Shown: one piece after another, positions 1 through 9,422 of the stretch
How the letters are laid out: every line of letters begins with the position of its first letter
Numbering within the stretch: position 1 is the stretch's first letter
The notes under the pieces: generated by a model
Database searches by the model: none
Told to the model about the DNA's origin: nothing
What the model saw: only the letters and a program-made list of their open reading frames with translations
Made by a program: the position numbers and the translations under genes
Assembly: GCA_944326085.1 (NCBI GenBank)
Contig: CALVCL010000002.1
Span: forward strand, 139,867-203,866
Length of the DNA stretch: 64,000 nucleotides
From: an uncultured Tidjanibacter sp.
GTDB lineage: Bacteria; Bacteroidota; Bacteroidia; Bacteroidales; Rikenellaceae
Direction: 5' to 3'

Positions 1-30
1 AAAGAAACAAACATCTGAACAGCGACAAAC

Positions 31-59
31 AAAAAGGCCGACTTTAAAAAGTCGGCCTT
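31..59 (-). terminator. Intrinsic terminator downstream of tRNA-Glu
   Basis: Inverted repeat aaggccgacttt/aaagtcggcctt (34-59); the A-run at 31-35 gives a U-tract on the minus strand. Confidence 0.8.
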
Positions 60-61
60 CG

Positions 62-133
62 TACTCCATACCAGAATCGAACTGGTATTTGCAGAATGAG
101 AATCTGCCGTCCTAACCGTTAGACGAATGGAGC
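62..133 (-). tRNA. tRNA-Glu, anticodon CTC
   Basis: Reverse complement folds as a cloverleaf: acceptor GCTCCAT/ATGGAGT, D-arm GTCTAACGGTTAGGAC, anticodon arm GCAGA-TTCTCAT-TCTGC, T-arm ACCAG-TTCGATT-CTGGT; CCA not encoded. Confidence 0.95.
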
Positions 134-173
134 GATTATTTGCATGAGGAATATTTTCTTTTCCAAAGCAGGA

Positions 174-204
174 CAAAAGTAACACAATTCTCCGAGACTG
201 CAAA
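174..204 (-). promoter_or_regulatory. Bacteroidota sigma-A promoter for tRNA-Glu
   Basis: Minus strand TTTG-N19-TACTTTTG matches the -33/-7 consensus. Confidence 0.7.
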
Positions 205-243
205 ACTTTTGGTATTTAAATTACAGCTTTACTACAAGAACGC

Positions 244-282
244 AAAAGAGAGGACGGAACCGTTTCAGTTCCGTCCTCTCTT
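244..282 (-). terminator. Terminator of rplU-rpmA
   Basis: Perfect 15-bp stem aagagaggacggaac/gttccgtcctctctt, with a short U-tract on the minus strand. Confidence 0.8.
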
Positions 283-300
283 ATCTACGGCATCCAGCAA

Positions 301-561
301 CTATTCGTTCACCGGAGTAACGCTTACATATGACCTGCCGTTAGCCTTCTTTGCGAAGGAAACAGTTCCGTCAACGAGGGCAAAAAGAGTGTGATCCTTG
401 CCCATACCTACATTTTCACCGGGGTTGTGTACAGTACCCCTCTGGCGTACTATGATGTTGCCAGCCTTGGCGAACTCGCCACCGAACAACTTCACACCGA
501 GTCGCTTGCTTTCCGACTCACGGCCGTTCTTAGAGCTACCTACTCCTTTCTTGTGTGCCAT
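301..561 (-). CDS. rpmA: 50S ribosomal protein bL27
   Basis: [25 protein letters not shown]-terminus, 86 aa. Confidence 0.98.
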   Translation of the reverse strand: MAHKKGVGSSKNGRESESKRLGVKLFGGEFAKAGNIIVRQRGTVHNPGENVGMGKDHTLFALVDGTVSFAKKANGRSYVSVTPVNE

Positions 562-580
562 CTCCTGCGAAATTTAGATG

Positions 581-895
581 TTAAGCGACTGTAATATCTT
601 CAACGAGGATCTGGGTGAGGAACTGACGGTGACCGTTCTTTACCTTGTACCCTTTCCTGCGTTTCTTCTTGAATACAATAACCTTGTCATCCTTGAGGTG
701 ACGCAGTATCTTCGCATTCACACTGGCGCCTTCTACAACAGGTGCGCCAACCTTTACCTGACCGTCATTGTCTGTCAGCAGGACTTTGTCAAAGCTCACA
801 GAGGAACCTTCATCCCCCTGAAGACGGTTTACATAGAGCTTACGACCTTTCTCAGCCTTAAACTGTTTGCCTGCAATTTCTACTATTACGTACAT
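581..895 (-). CDS. rplU: 50S ribosomal protein bL21
   Basis: MYVIVEIAGKQFK...KKKRRKGYKVKNGHRQ; true start is the ATG at 895, not the ORF-track start at 1009. Confidence 0.97.
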   Translation of the reverse strand: MYVIVEIAGKQFKAEKGRKLYVNRLQGDEGSSVSFDKVLLTDNDGQVKVGAPVVEGASVNAKILRHLKDDKVIVFKKKRRKGYKVKNGHRQFLTQILVEDITVA

Positions 896-928
896 AAGTG
901 TATTTAGAGATTTTTGCAAATCAAGGGA

Positions 929-960
929 CAAAGATAAGAACTTTTGTAACAGCAAACAAA
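929..960 (-). promoter_or_regulatory. Sigma-A promoter of rplU-rpmA
   Basis: Minus strand TTTG-N20-TATCTTTG. Confidence 0.7.
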
Positions 961-1197
961 CATCTTTAGAATTTTCTTCTTTCCGACACATTCGCAAACA
1001 AATTGACATAAAGTTGCAAGGGACAAGTATTTTCCGTTATTTTGTAATATACACTTATCCGTAAATATAGTACCGTAGGACACAACAGAACAACGGTTCA
1101 CACGTTTTAATATAAAACTGACATTTCCCAAAATACCCAATGCAACACCGGATATGCCATACTCCATGAAAAAGAAAAAAACAAACATTCACCTCAT

Positions 1198-2040
1198 ATG
1201 ATAAGCAAGGAACAAAAGGAATATCTGCTTCCGAAAGCCTACAATGCTGCTTTGCGCGCAGGTGCCGCCATTCTTGAAATATACGAAAGCGGTGCTCCGA
1301 TAGACGTCGACATCAAGAACGACCATACTCCGATAACCATGGCCGACCGCAAGGCCCACGCCACAATCAGGGAGTATCTGGGACACACACGCATACCGCT
1401 TTTAAGCGAGGAAGGACGCGAAATGCTCTACACCGAACGCAAGGACTGGGACCTGTTCTGGCTGGTAGACCCTCTGGACGGTACGGTGGAATTCATCAAG
1501 GGCAACGGTGAATTTACCGTCAACATAGCCCTCATGGCCGACTACCGACCAGTATTCGGAATAATATACGTACCCTACAGGAAGCTTATGTATTTCTCCG
1601 ACCCTGACCGCGGAGCATTCCGCGCATGCGACATCAAGGCCGACCCGCAGGCCGAATACGGTTACGAAGCAATATTTGCCGGCACAGAGAAACTGCCGGT
1701 AACGGAACATATCAATTCTCCACTGCACATTGCCGTAAGCCGGTCACACAGTAACGATGAGACAGCACAACTCATTGCGCGTGTTACGGAGGATTACCCC
1801 GATGCCACAATAATGGAACAGGGAAGTTCTTACAAATTGTGCTTAGTCGCAGAAGGAAGCATCGATTACTACCCACGCACATCGGATACATACGAATGGG
1901 ACACTGCAGCCGGAGAGGCCATAATCGAGGCAGCCGGCGGACGCATCTATTCACTCAAGGATGAGTCCCTGCTTCAATACAATAAAGCATCGCTCGTAAA
2001 CCCATACTTCGCATGCCGAAGCAAGTGGTTCCCGAAATAG
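1198..2040 (+). CDS. cysQ: 3'(2'),5'-bisphosphate nucleotidase (inositol monophosphatase family)
   Basis: LLSEEG, WLVDPLDGTVEF, EWDTAAG and YNK motifs. Confidence 0.9.
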   Translation: MISKEQKEYLLPKAYNAALRAGAAILEIYESGAPIDVDIKNDHTPITMADRKAHATIREYLGHTRIPLLSEEGREMLYTERKDWDLFWLVDPLDGTVEFIKGNGEFTVNIALMADYRPVFGIIYVPYRKLMYFSDPDRGAFRACDIKADPQAEYGYEAIFAGTEKLPVTEHINSPLHIAVSRSHSNDETAQLIARVTEDYPDATIMEQGSSYKLCLVAEGSIDYYPRTSDTYEWDTAAGEAIIEAAGGRIYSLKDESLLQYNKASLVNPYFACRSKWFPK

Positions 2041-2055
2041 ACAAACCGATAATTA

Positions 2056-2094
2056 TGACAACGGTCCGTGGAATTGTTCCACGGACCGTTGTCA
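2056..2094. terminator. Bidirectional terminator-like hairpin between convergent genes
   Basis: Perfect 18-bp inverted repeat tgacaacggtccgtggaa-ttg-ttccacggaccgttgtca. Confidence 0.7.
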
Positions 2095-2110
2095 GTTACG
2101 CCCACAACCG

Positions 2111-2371
2111 TCACTTCCTGTGTGCATCCGTAGTGCAGCTGCTGCAGTCACCGCCGCAGACATTGACATCGCACGATGACCCGTACAACTCGTTATCCAG
2201 TTCGCGTGTTTCCTGTATCACGCATTTGATACCGCGTTCACGCATGTTTTCATTCTCGCTAATCTCGGACTTTATATTATGTCCCTTGAAAATGAGCGTC
2301 AGTGACATGGCCACTACAAAAAACGCCACAACGCCTACGGATATAAGTATCACTAACAATGTTGACGACAT
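2111..2371 (-). CDS. Small membrane-anchored protein with Cys-rich C-terminus, function unknown
   Basis: N-terminal hydrophobic helix; C-terminal CDVNVCGGDCSSC; occupies its own slot between a terminator and the divergent trkA promoter. Confidence 0.7.
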   Translation of the reverse strand: MSSTLLVILISVGVVAFFVVAMSLTLIFKGHNIKSEISENENMRERGIKCVIQETRELDNELYGSSCDVNVCGGDCSSCTTDAHRK

Positions 2372-2454
2372 AACGACAGTTTACCGAGCCGCTCCTTAAC
2401 GGCAATGTAATGCAATTAATCGGCCACAATTGGCCGAAACCGCTGTAAAGTTAT

Positions 2455-2462
2455 TAATTTTG
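2455..2462 (+). promoter_or_regulatory. -7 element upstream of trkA
   Basis: TAATTTTG about 30 nt before the ATG. Confidence 0.5.
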
Positions 2463-2491
2463 TATCTAAAATCCGTATAAACTTTTCTCCA

Positions 2492-3829
2492 ATGAAAATA
2501 ATAATCGCAGGTGCCGGTGAAGTGGGAAGCCATCTCGCACGTATGCTGGGAAGCGAAGAGCACAGCATTACAGTGATAGACAGCGACCCCAAACTGCTTG
2601 ATGACATCAACGGGTTAGCAGACATTGTTACCATTGAAGGAGACTGCACGACATTCGCAACCCTAAAGAAGGCATCGGTCCGCAAGGCCGACCTTTTCAT
2701 CGCCGTAAACCACGAAGAAAATATCAACATAATCTCCGCTATACTGGCCAAACAGCTCGGCGCCCGAAAATCAATTGCCCGAATAGACAACAACGAATAT
2801 CTCGAACCGAACAACAAGGAGATGTTCATGAACATGGGTATCGACTATCTTTTCTACCCGGAGAAGGTCGCTGCCCGCGAAGTAATTAATCTGCTCGGTC
2901 ATACCTCGACAACCGAATACGTCGACTTCTCCGGCGGACGACTCACACTTGTTGTTTTCCCCATAGGCCAGTCCTCCGAATTCACTGGCAAGACCGTAGA
3001 GGAAGTTCATGCCATGGGCGGGGGAGTATTCAGGCCGGTGGCAATCAGCCGCGATAACAAGACCATTATTCCACACTCGCATGACATGTTCTACGATGGG
3101 GATACGGTTTATATAATCACCGACAGCAAGGCTGCAAAAACTGTCATGAACTACTCCGGCAACACCAGTGTTCCCATAAAGAACCTGATGATACTAGGCG
3201 GCAGCCGCATCGGAGTGCGCATAGCCATGGAACTGCAGGACGAAATCAACGTAAAACTAATCGAATACGATGCAGACAAGGCATATCGTCTGGCAGAGAT
3301 GCTCGACAAGGCTCTCATCATAAACGAGGACGGGCGCGACATAGACGCCATGACTGACGAGGGTATCACCAACATGGACGCTTTCGTCGCTGTAACGGAA
3401 CGTTCCGAAACCAACATACTCACCGCCATGCTGGCCAAACGCATGGGAGTAAAAAAAGTTATTGCAGAAGTAGAGAATCTTACCTATATAAACCTTGCCG
3501 AAAGCATCGGAATTGACACAATAGTAAACAAAAAGCAGATAACCGCAAGCCGTATATTCCGTTTCACCATGGATACCGATGTACAGGCTATCAAGTGTCT
3601 CACAGGTAGCGAAGCCGAGGTGCTCGAGTTTGTGGTAAAACCCGACTCTCCAATCACCCGCTCATCACTCCGCGATGCCGGTTTCCCAACTGATGCCACC
3701 ATAGGCGGCATAGTGCGCGGCGACAAGGTGTTTATTCCAGATGCCGACTTCCGTGTAAATCCATACGACCGCGCAGTGGTATTCTCGCTTCCGGGTGCCA
3801 TACCAAAAATAGGCAAATACTTCAACTAA
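2492..3829 (+). CDS. trkA: Trk potassium transporter regulatory subunit
   Basis: Two RCK-N/RCK-C repeats; GAGEVG and GGSRIG nucleotide-binding loops; 445 aa. Confidence 0.95.
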   Translation: MKIIIAGAGEVGSHLARMLGSEEHSITVIDSDPKLLDDINGLADIVTIEGDCTTFATLKKASVRKADLFIAVNHEENINIISAILAKQLGARKSIARIDNNEYLEPNNKEMFMNMGIDYLFYPEKVAAREVINLLGHTSTTEYVDFSGGRLTLVVFPIGQSSEFTGKTVEEVHAMGGGVFRPVAISRDNKTIIPHSHDMFYDGDTVYIITDSKAAKTVMNYSGNTSVPIKNLMILGGSRIGVRIAMELQDEINVKLIEYDADKAYRLAEMLDKALIINEDGRDIDAMTDEGITNMDAFVAVTERSETNILTAMLAKRMGVKKVIAEVENLTYINLAESIGIDTIVNKKQITASRIFRFTMDTDVQAIKCLTGSEAEVLEFVVKPDSPITRSSLRDAGFPTDATIGGIVRGDKVFIPDADFRVNPYDRAVVFSLPGAIPKIGKYFN

Positions 3830-3867
3830 AGCCTGTTTACAAGGTACCATGCATAATAAACAAGACA

Positions 3868-5379
3868 ATGGCCGCAATAACACGACTCATAAACCTTTAT
3901 TTTTCCCAAAGGCTTCGCGAAATAGAGCGTTCCCGCAGGCATCCGGCTGAAGTGCAGGATGAACAATTGCACTACCTTCTTGAGAACGGACGCAAAACCG
4001 AATTCGGACGCAATGCCGGCATGGATACAATCACCACCGGCGAACAGTTCGCCAAACACATCCCGATACGCGACTATGAACAGCTTAGTCCGTTCATCGA
4101 CCGCATGCGTCGCGGCGAGGCCAATGTGCTGTGGCCTGAACGCGCCGGCTGGTTCGCCAAGTCGTCGGGCACCACTGGGTCAAAAAGCAAGTTCATTCCT
4201 GTCACCACCGCAGGACTGCACAAGGCACACATGCGCGGCCCGAAGGATATCATGGCCTTCTACTGCCACTTGTTTCCCAATACTCATGTAGTAAACGGCA
4301 AGATGCTGACCCTCGGAGGCTCGAAACGCATCGAACGCGAAGGCGACCGCATGCACTCGGGCGACCTCTCCGCAATCCTTATAGAGAACACTCCAGCCAT
4401 AGGCAACATACTCCGCATTCCTGACAAGAAGACGGCACTCATAGCTGATTTCGACGAGAAGGTGCGCCGCATATGCGAACTGTCCACGCATCAGGACGTA
4501 CGTTCCTTTACGGGCGTTCCGTCGTGGAACCTCGTGATGCTCAACCGCGTGCTCGAATACACAGGCAAGAACAACATTCTGGAGGTGTGGCCAAACATGG
4601 AGCTGTTCGTACACGGCGGCATGGACTTCCGTCCCTATAAGGCACAGTACGAGAAAATCATCCCGTCGGCCACCATGCGTTATATGGAGACATACAATGC
4701 CTCGGAAGGTTTCTTCGCCATAGCCGAAGAGCCGGGCCGCAGCGACATGCTGCTGATGCTAGACTACGGCACATACTACGAGTTTCTACCAACTGACAAA
4801 CTGGACGATCCGTCGGCCGTCGTACCTCTCGAGGGGGTAAGAACAGGTGTCAACTACGCAATGATTATCTCCAACTGCAATGGTCTGTGGCGTTACATGA
4901 TAGGCGACACCGTACAGTTTGTATCCACATCGCCTTACACGATAAAGATAACCGGCCGCACTAAACACTATATCAACGCCTTCGGCGAAGAGATTGTAAT
5001 CGATAATGCCGAGACAGCCATGCATTCGGCCTGTCTTGCCACGGGTGCTGACGTTGCGGAATATACCGCGGCTCCTGTCTATATGGACGGACGCAGCAAA
5101 GGTACCCACGAATGGGTAATAGAGTTCCGTACGGCACCTGCCGACATGGCGGCATTTGCCGCGGCGCTTGACGACGGTCTTAAGGCGGTCAATTCCGACT
5201 ACGAGGCCAAGCGTTTCCGCGACACGACTCTCACCATGCCTCGCATCACAGCCGTTCCGGCCGGCACATTCGAAGGGTGGCTTCGCGCCCACGGCAAGGT
5301 CGGCGGTCAGAACAAGGTTCCACGCCTTTTCAACGACCGCACATACGTTGACCAATTGGCACATCGCCCGCAACACTAA
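3868..5379 (+). CDS. GH3 auxin-responsive-family acyl-adenylate/amido synthetase-like protein
   Basis: SSGTTGSKSKFIP, YNASEG and RYMIGD adenylate-forming motifs; C-terminal GGQNKVPRL. Confidence 0.85.
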   Translation: MAAITRLINLYFSQRLREIERSRRHPAEVQDEQLHYLLENGRKTEFGRNAGMDTITTGEQFAKHIPIRDYEQLSPFIDRMRRGEANVLWPERAGWFAKSSGTTGSKSKFIPVTTAGLHKAHMRGPKDIMAFYCHLFPNTHVVNGKMLTLGGSKRIEREGDRMHSGDLSAILIENTPAIGNILRIPDKKTALIADFDEKVRRICELSTHQDVRSFTGVPSWNLVMLNRVLEYTGKNNILEVWPNMELFVHGGMDFRPYKAQYEKIIPSATMRYMETYNASEGFFAIAEEPGRSDMLLMLDYGTYYEFLPTDKLDDPSAVVPLEGVRTGVNYAMIISNCNGLWRYMIGDTVQFVSTSPYTIKITGRTKHYINAFGEEIVIDNAETAMHSACLATGADVAEYTAAPVYMDGRSKGTHEWVIEFRTAPADMAAFAAALDDGLKAVNSDYEAKRFRDTTLTMPRITAVPAGTFEGWLRAHGKVGGQNKVPRLFNDRTYVDQLAHRPQH

Positions 5380-5390
5380 AAACTCAAACG

Positions 5391-5431
5391 AAATAAAATG
5401 TCCGGATATTCTCTTTCTGGACATTTTATTT
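5391..5431 (+). terminator. Terminator after the GH3 gene
   Basis: aaataaaatgtccgga/tctggacattttattt stem (16 bp, one G-U) followed by T-rich sequence. Confidence 0.6.
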
Positions 5432-5647
5432 TATATATCCAACTTTCCCAATATCGAAAAGGCCACAGACAGGAAACAATTTATTCTCCCTGTTCTTCCG
5501 AAAAATACCGAAATACAAGGTACGGATAAAAGCACATCACCCATCACCTTTCATCTCCAGTTGTTTGCATTATCCATCCAAATACCATCCGCATGCGGGC
5601 GAGTTGCAATATATTTTCCTGATATATGATGCTATTCGGCATAAATG

Positions 5648-5702
5648 CAAATCGAAAACATAGTTTTCGATTTGGCTCTGCACACGGCTTTCACTATATT
5701 TG
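5648..5702 (+). promoter_or_regulatory. Sigma-A promoter of the kinase-rsmF unit, overlapped by a perfect palindrome
   Basis: TTTG (5671-74)-N20-TATATTTG (5695-5702); 12-bp inverted repeat caaatcgaaaac-ata-gttttcgatttg at 5648-5674. Confidence 0.7.
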
Positions 5703-5728
5703 TTAGACGAACAAAAACCACAACAGCC

Positions 5729-6337
5729 ATGTACATAGCCATATCAGGCAACATAGGCAGCGGGAAGACCTCTCTCACGGAACTGCTGACCGAAAGGCTC
5801 GGCGCCACACCTCTTTTCGAGGAAATTGGCAACCCTTACATTGCCGACTTCTACAACGACATGAACCGTTGGTCGTTCAACTTTCAGATATACTTTCTGG
5901 GATGCCGCATGAGGCAGGGACTGCAAATAAAAGAGACATCGGGATACATTGTTCAAGACCGTACGATATACGAAGATGCCTACATATTTGCCGAAAACCT
6001 GCACGAAATGGGACTCATGTCGTCACGCGATTTCGAGACTTATATGAAAATTTTCGACCTGTCTGCCAATCTTGTCCCTACCCCCGACATGCTCATATAC
6101 CTGCGCGCCAGTGTTCCGACCCTCGTTAGCCAGATACTGAAACGCGGCCGCAGCTACGAGATGGGAATAGACCTCGACTACCTCGAAAGGCTCAACAACA
6201 AATACAACAACTGGATAGACAACATCTACAAGGGACGGGTACTGACCATCGACATAGACCATGAAGATTTCATTCTGGCCCCGTCAATAGTCGACGACAT
6301 CGTTGAACACATAAAGGAACTCAATGCCAAACTCTGA
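5729..6337 (+). CDS. Deoxynucleoside kinase (dAK/dGK family)
   Basis: MYIAISGNIGSGKT P-loop, QDRTIYED, RGRSYE lid; start at ATG 5729. Confidence 0.92.
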   Translation: MYIAISGNIGSGKTSLTELLTERLGATPLFEEIGNPYIADFYNDMNRWSFNFQIYFLGCRMRQGLQIKETSGYIVQDRTIYEDAYIFAENLHEMGLMSSRDFETYMKIFDLSANLVPTPDMLIYLRASVPTLVSQILKRGRSYEMGIDLDYLERLNNKYNNWIDNIYKGRVLTIDIDHEDFILAPSIVDDIVEHIKELNAKL

Positions 6338-7697
6338 CACCATGACGGCTCCGCTGCCGGCCGAGTTCGTTGCGCGTGTGCGTACCGAGCTGGGAACCGA
6401 GGCCGACGCACTGTTTGCAGCACTCGAAGGCGAAAGCCCCGTATCCGTACGCTGGAACCCATACAAGACAATCCTTCCGCCGTCTGGCGAGGAGGTTCCG
6501 TGGAACCGCTACGGCCGCTACCTTCCCGAAAGGCCCTACTTCACCGCCGACCCGATGTTCCATGCAGGAACATACTATGTGCAGGAGGCATCCTCCATGT
6601 TTGTCGAGCACCTCTTGCGCTCGGCCATGGAACCCGAAGGTGCACGCATTCTCGACATGTGCGCAGCCCCGGGCGGAAAGTCGACACTCTATGCCACATT
6701 GGCGGGAGCCGAAGGTCTTGTCGTTGCCAATGAGGTAGTACGAAGCCGTGCTGCAACACTCGCCGACAACATCCGCAAATGGGGTATCGGCAACGTTCTG
6801 GTATCGAACAACGACCCGTCACATTTTGCAGGACTTCCCGAATGGTTTGACGTGGTTGCCGTTGATGCTCCATGTTCGGGCGAAGGCATGTTCCGCAAGT
6901 CGGAAGAAGCCCGCAGGGAATGGTCAGAAGCCGCAGTAGAGATGTGTGCTGCACGACAGCGCCGCATTCTCGCCGATGCTTGGAAGGCACTGCGACCGGG
7001 CGGCATAATGATATACAGCACATGCACGTTCAACCGTACAGAGGACGAGGACAATATCGCATGGCTGGCCAGAAATTTCGACTGTGAGGATGCAGGTGTC
7101 GAAGTACCCGAGGAGTGGAACATTGCCATTTCCGAAGCAGAAGGCATACGTTGTTTCCGTTTTTGGCCGCACCGAACCAAAGGCGAAGGTTTTTTTGCAG
7201 CCTCCATACGCAAATGCGGACAGAAAGGCCGTACCGTAAGGCCGAAGGCGCGCCGTACAATTTTCACCGACCTAACGCGCAAGGAAACAGCCGAAGCGGC
7301 ACGCTGGACAGGACAACCAGAGCTGATGCGTTTCGCACGTATAGGAGATACCGTATACGGATACTATTATATAAACTACGCCGACATACGCTGTATTGGC
7401 GAATATCTGAATGTCATATATTCGGGGGTATGCATGGGACAACTGTTCAACGGGAGTCTCAAGCCAGACCACTCGCTGGCAATGTTTCACGATATGTATC
7501 CGTACGCAGCAACAACATCCGCACTACCCATAGAATCAGCAATACGTTATTTGGCTAAAGAAGAACTGACGGCAGACATGTTTGCCGAAGGCATGAACAT
7601 AGTGACATTTCAAGGACATGCACTCGGCTGGGCCAAACGCATAGGCCGCCGTGTCAACAATCTATATCCGAAACAGCTGGCTATAATAAACAAATAA
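6324..7697 (+). CDS. RsmB/NOP2/RsmF-family rRNA m5C methyltransferase
   Basis: YYVQEASSM, LDMCAAPGGKS, DAPCSGEGMF, YSTCTFN; C-terminal PUA-like region; start may be ATG 6342. Confidence 0.9.
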   Translation: MPNSDTMTAPLPAEFVARVRTELGTEADALFAALEGESPVSVRWNPYKTILPPSGEEVPWNRYGRYLPERPYFTADPMFHAGTYYVQEASSMFVEHLLRSAMEPEGARILDMCAAPGGKSTLYATLAGAEGLVVANEVVRSRAATLADNIRKWGIGNVLVSNNDPSHFAGLPEWFDVVAVDAPCSGEGMFRKSEEARREWSEAAVEMCAARQRRILADAWKALRPGGIMIYSTCTFNRTEDEDNIAWLARNFDCEDAGVEVPEEWNIAISEAEGIRCFRFWPHRTKGEGFFAASIRKCGQKGRTVRPKARRTIFTDLTRKETAEAARWTGQPELMRFARIGDTVYGYYYINYADIRCIGEYLNVIYSGVCMGQLFNGSLKPDHSLAMFHDMYPYAATTSALPIESAIRYLAKEELTADMFAEGMNIVTFQGHALGWAKRIGRRVNNLYPKQLAIINK

Positions 7698-7741
7698 CTG
7701 CCGATATTCCTTATACAGTCATTGAGACACTTTCTCTTACA

Positions 7742-8413
7742 TCAATGCTTTAAACGCGCTATAGGAGTCTGACCTCCACGTACCTTGTCACCAAGCTTCA
7801 CAAGCACCTCTGTACCCAATGGCAGAAAAATATCCACTCTGGAACCGAACTTTATAAATCCGAATTTCGTGTTCTGCACTGCCTCACCACCCACTTCGGC
7901 ATAGTTGACTATACGCCGTGCCACAAGACCGGCAATCTGCCGGAACAATATCAATTCGTGGCCTGTATCCACAACTGTGGTGGTACGCTCATTCTCCTCA
8001 GACGATTTCGGATGCCATGCAACGAAAAATCGTCCCATGTGATTGTTACGATACACGATGCGTCCGCCAACCGGATACCAGTTGGCATGTATGTTTGTCA
8101 GCGACATGAACACCGACAACTGTATACACTGCCGCATCAGAAACTCTCCCTCATAAACCTCCTCGACTACAACCACCTTGCCGTCCACACTCGAAAAGAC
8201 GGTATCAGGGTCACACACATAACTGCGACGTGTAGGTTCGCGGAAGAATAATGCCACACACAGCAGCAATGCAGACAAAAGCACTGTCAGTACCCAGAAC
8301 AGCCAAACCGGCATTCCGCCATACATGACAGCACACAACAGTCCTGCAACCACTACGGCAATACCCATAAATGTCAGCAATACTATCGTATATCCTTCTT
8401 TGGCAAGTCTCAT
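7742..8413 (-). CDS. psd: Phosphatidylserine decarboxylase proenzyme
   Basis: FFREP, SVFMSLTNIHANW, QIAGLVARRIV, KFGSRVD autocleavage motif; start likely ATG 8413. Confidence 0.9.
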   Translation of the reverse strand: MRLAKEGYTIVLLTFMGIAVVVAGLLCAVMYGGMPVWLFWVLTVLLSALLLCVALFFREPTRRSYVCDPDTVFSSVDGKVVVVEEVYEGEFLMRQCIQLSVFMSLTNIHANWYPVGGRIVYRNNHMGRFFVAWHPKSSEENERTTTVVDTGHELILFRQIAGLVARRIVNYAEVGGEAVQNTKFGFIKFGSRVDIFLPLGTEVLVKLGDKVRGGQTPIARLKH

Positions 8414-8479
8414 CTCCAAACCAATGGTTAAGCAGCCGATAAAAGCGGACACATGCCTCTCCCGACCGCACTCCTAATT

Positions 8480-9301
8480 CTATCGGGCAAATATAGTAAA
8501 ATACGCGAAAACAAACGGTACAGAAAGTATCAGAGCATCGAAACGATCCATGAACCCACCGTGTCCTGGTATTATCGAACCTGAATCCTTTACTCCTGCC
8601 GACCTTTTAAACATAGACTCCACCAGATCGCCAAGTACGCCACTCACCACTATGACTAACGCAAGTCCACTCCACCACAACAGGTTTTCTCTCCTTATAC
8701 AACCGCACATCACCCCGAATGCCACGGCGAATATCAGTCCGCCGAAAAAGCCTTCCCACGATTTTTTTGGCGATATACGCTCAAACATCTTGTGACGTCC
8801 AAGTATACTGCCAGTCAAATAGGCAAACACGTCATTTACCCACACCGTAAAAATGTAGCAAAGTATCATCCATGCGTCATATGTTCCTCCGTAAAATGCC
8901 ACGAAACTGATGAGCGACATCGGCAGTGCCGCATATATCAGGCCGCCCATGGCAACCGATATGTTTGCAAACGGTTCCGACTGATGTTTGTAAAGTTCGC
9001 AAATGAATATCACGAATACGAGCGGGAAGAACAGCGCGAGCCACTTTATATCGAGCGTTCCACGTGCCACGAGGAAACTCGCCACGACGCCAACGGCACC
9101 GACAATGACAGGATACGTCCTGCCCATGGTATTTCCTTTAAGTGCTGCCATGCGGTAAAACTCCCACATACTGCCTGTACATATTATGAGCATCAATGCC
9201 GCAAACCCGTATTCGGACACAAGTACTGCCCCAACGACAACGAGGAACAACACAGCCCCGCTGAGTGTTCTCACCACCAATTCTCTACCGAACTTAGCCA
9301 T
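8480..9301 (-). CDS. cdsA: Phosphatidate cytidylyltransferase
   Basis: ISPKKSWEG, GDLVESMFKRSAGVKDSGSIIPGHGGFMDRFD. Confidence 0.95.
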   Translation of the reverse strand: MAKFGRELVVRTLSGAVLFLVVVGAVLVSEYGFAALMLIICTGSMWEFYRMAALKGNTMGRTYPVIVGAVGVVASFLVARGTLDIKWLALFFPLVFVIFICELYKHQSEPFANISVAMGGLIYAALPMSLISFVAFYGGTYDAWMILCYIFTVWVNDVFAYLTGSILGRHKMFERISPKKSWEGFFGGLIFAVAFGVMCGCIRRENLLWWSGLALVIVVSGVLGDLVESMFKRSAGVKDSGSIIPGHGGFMDRFDALILSVPFVFAYFTIFAR

Positions 9302-9422
9302 AGCATGTTATATTTTAGCGACATTTCTCTATGGAACACAATATGCAATACAAAAATATACAATAATCCGACATTACACGTCCTGTCGCTCAACATCTCT
9401 TTAGGCACACTTTACATGCCTG

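Noticed and set aside
62-133. G1-U72 wobble in tRNA-Glu and possible use of the tRNA as an integration site
   Set aside because: As I recall this pair is ordinary in Bacteroidota tRNA-Glu; no duplicated 3' end or integrase, and the terminator follows directly
896-1009. N-terminal extensions in the ORF track (rplU; also the kinase, psd, ispE, MATE, dpp7, recN)
   Set aside because: Family N-termini begin at downstream ATGs, and the extensions often run through promoter or terminator sequence
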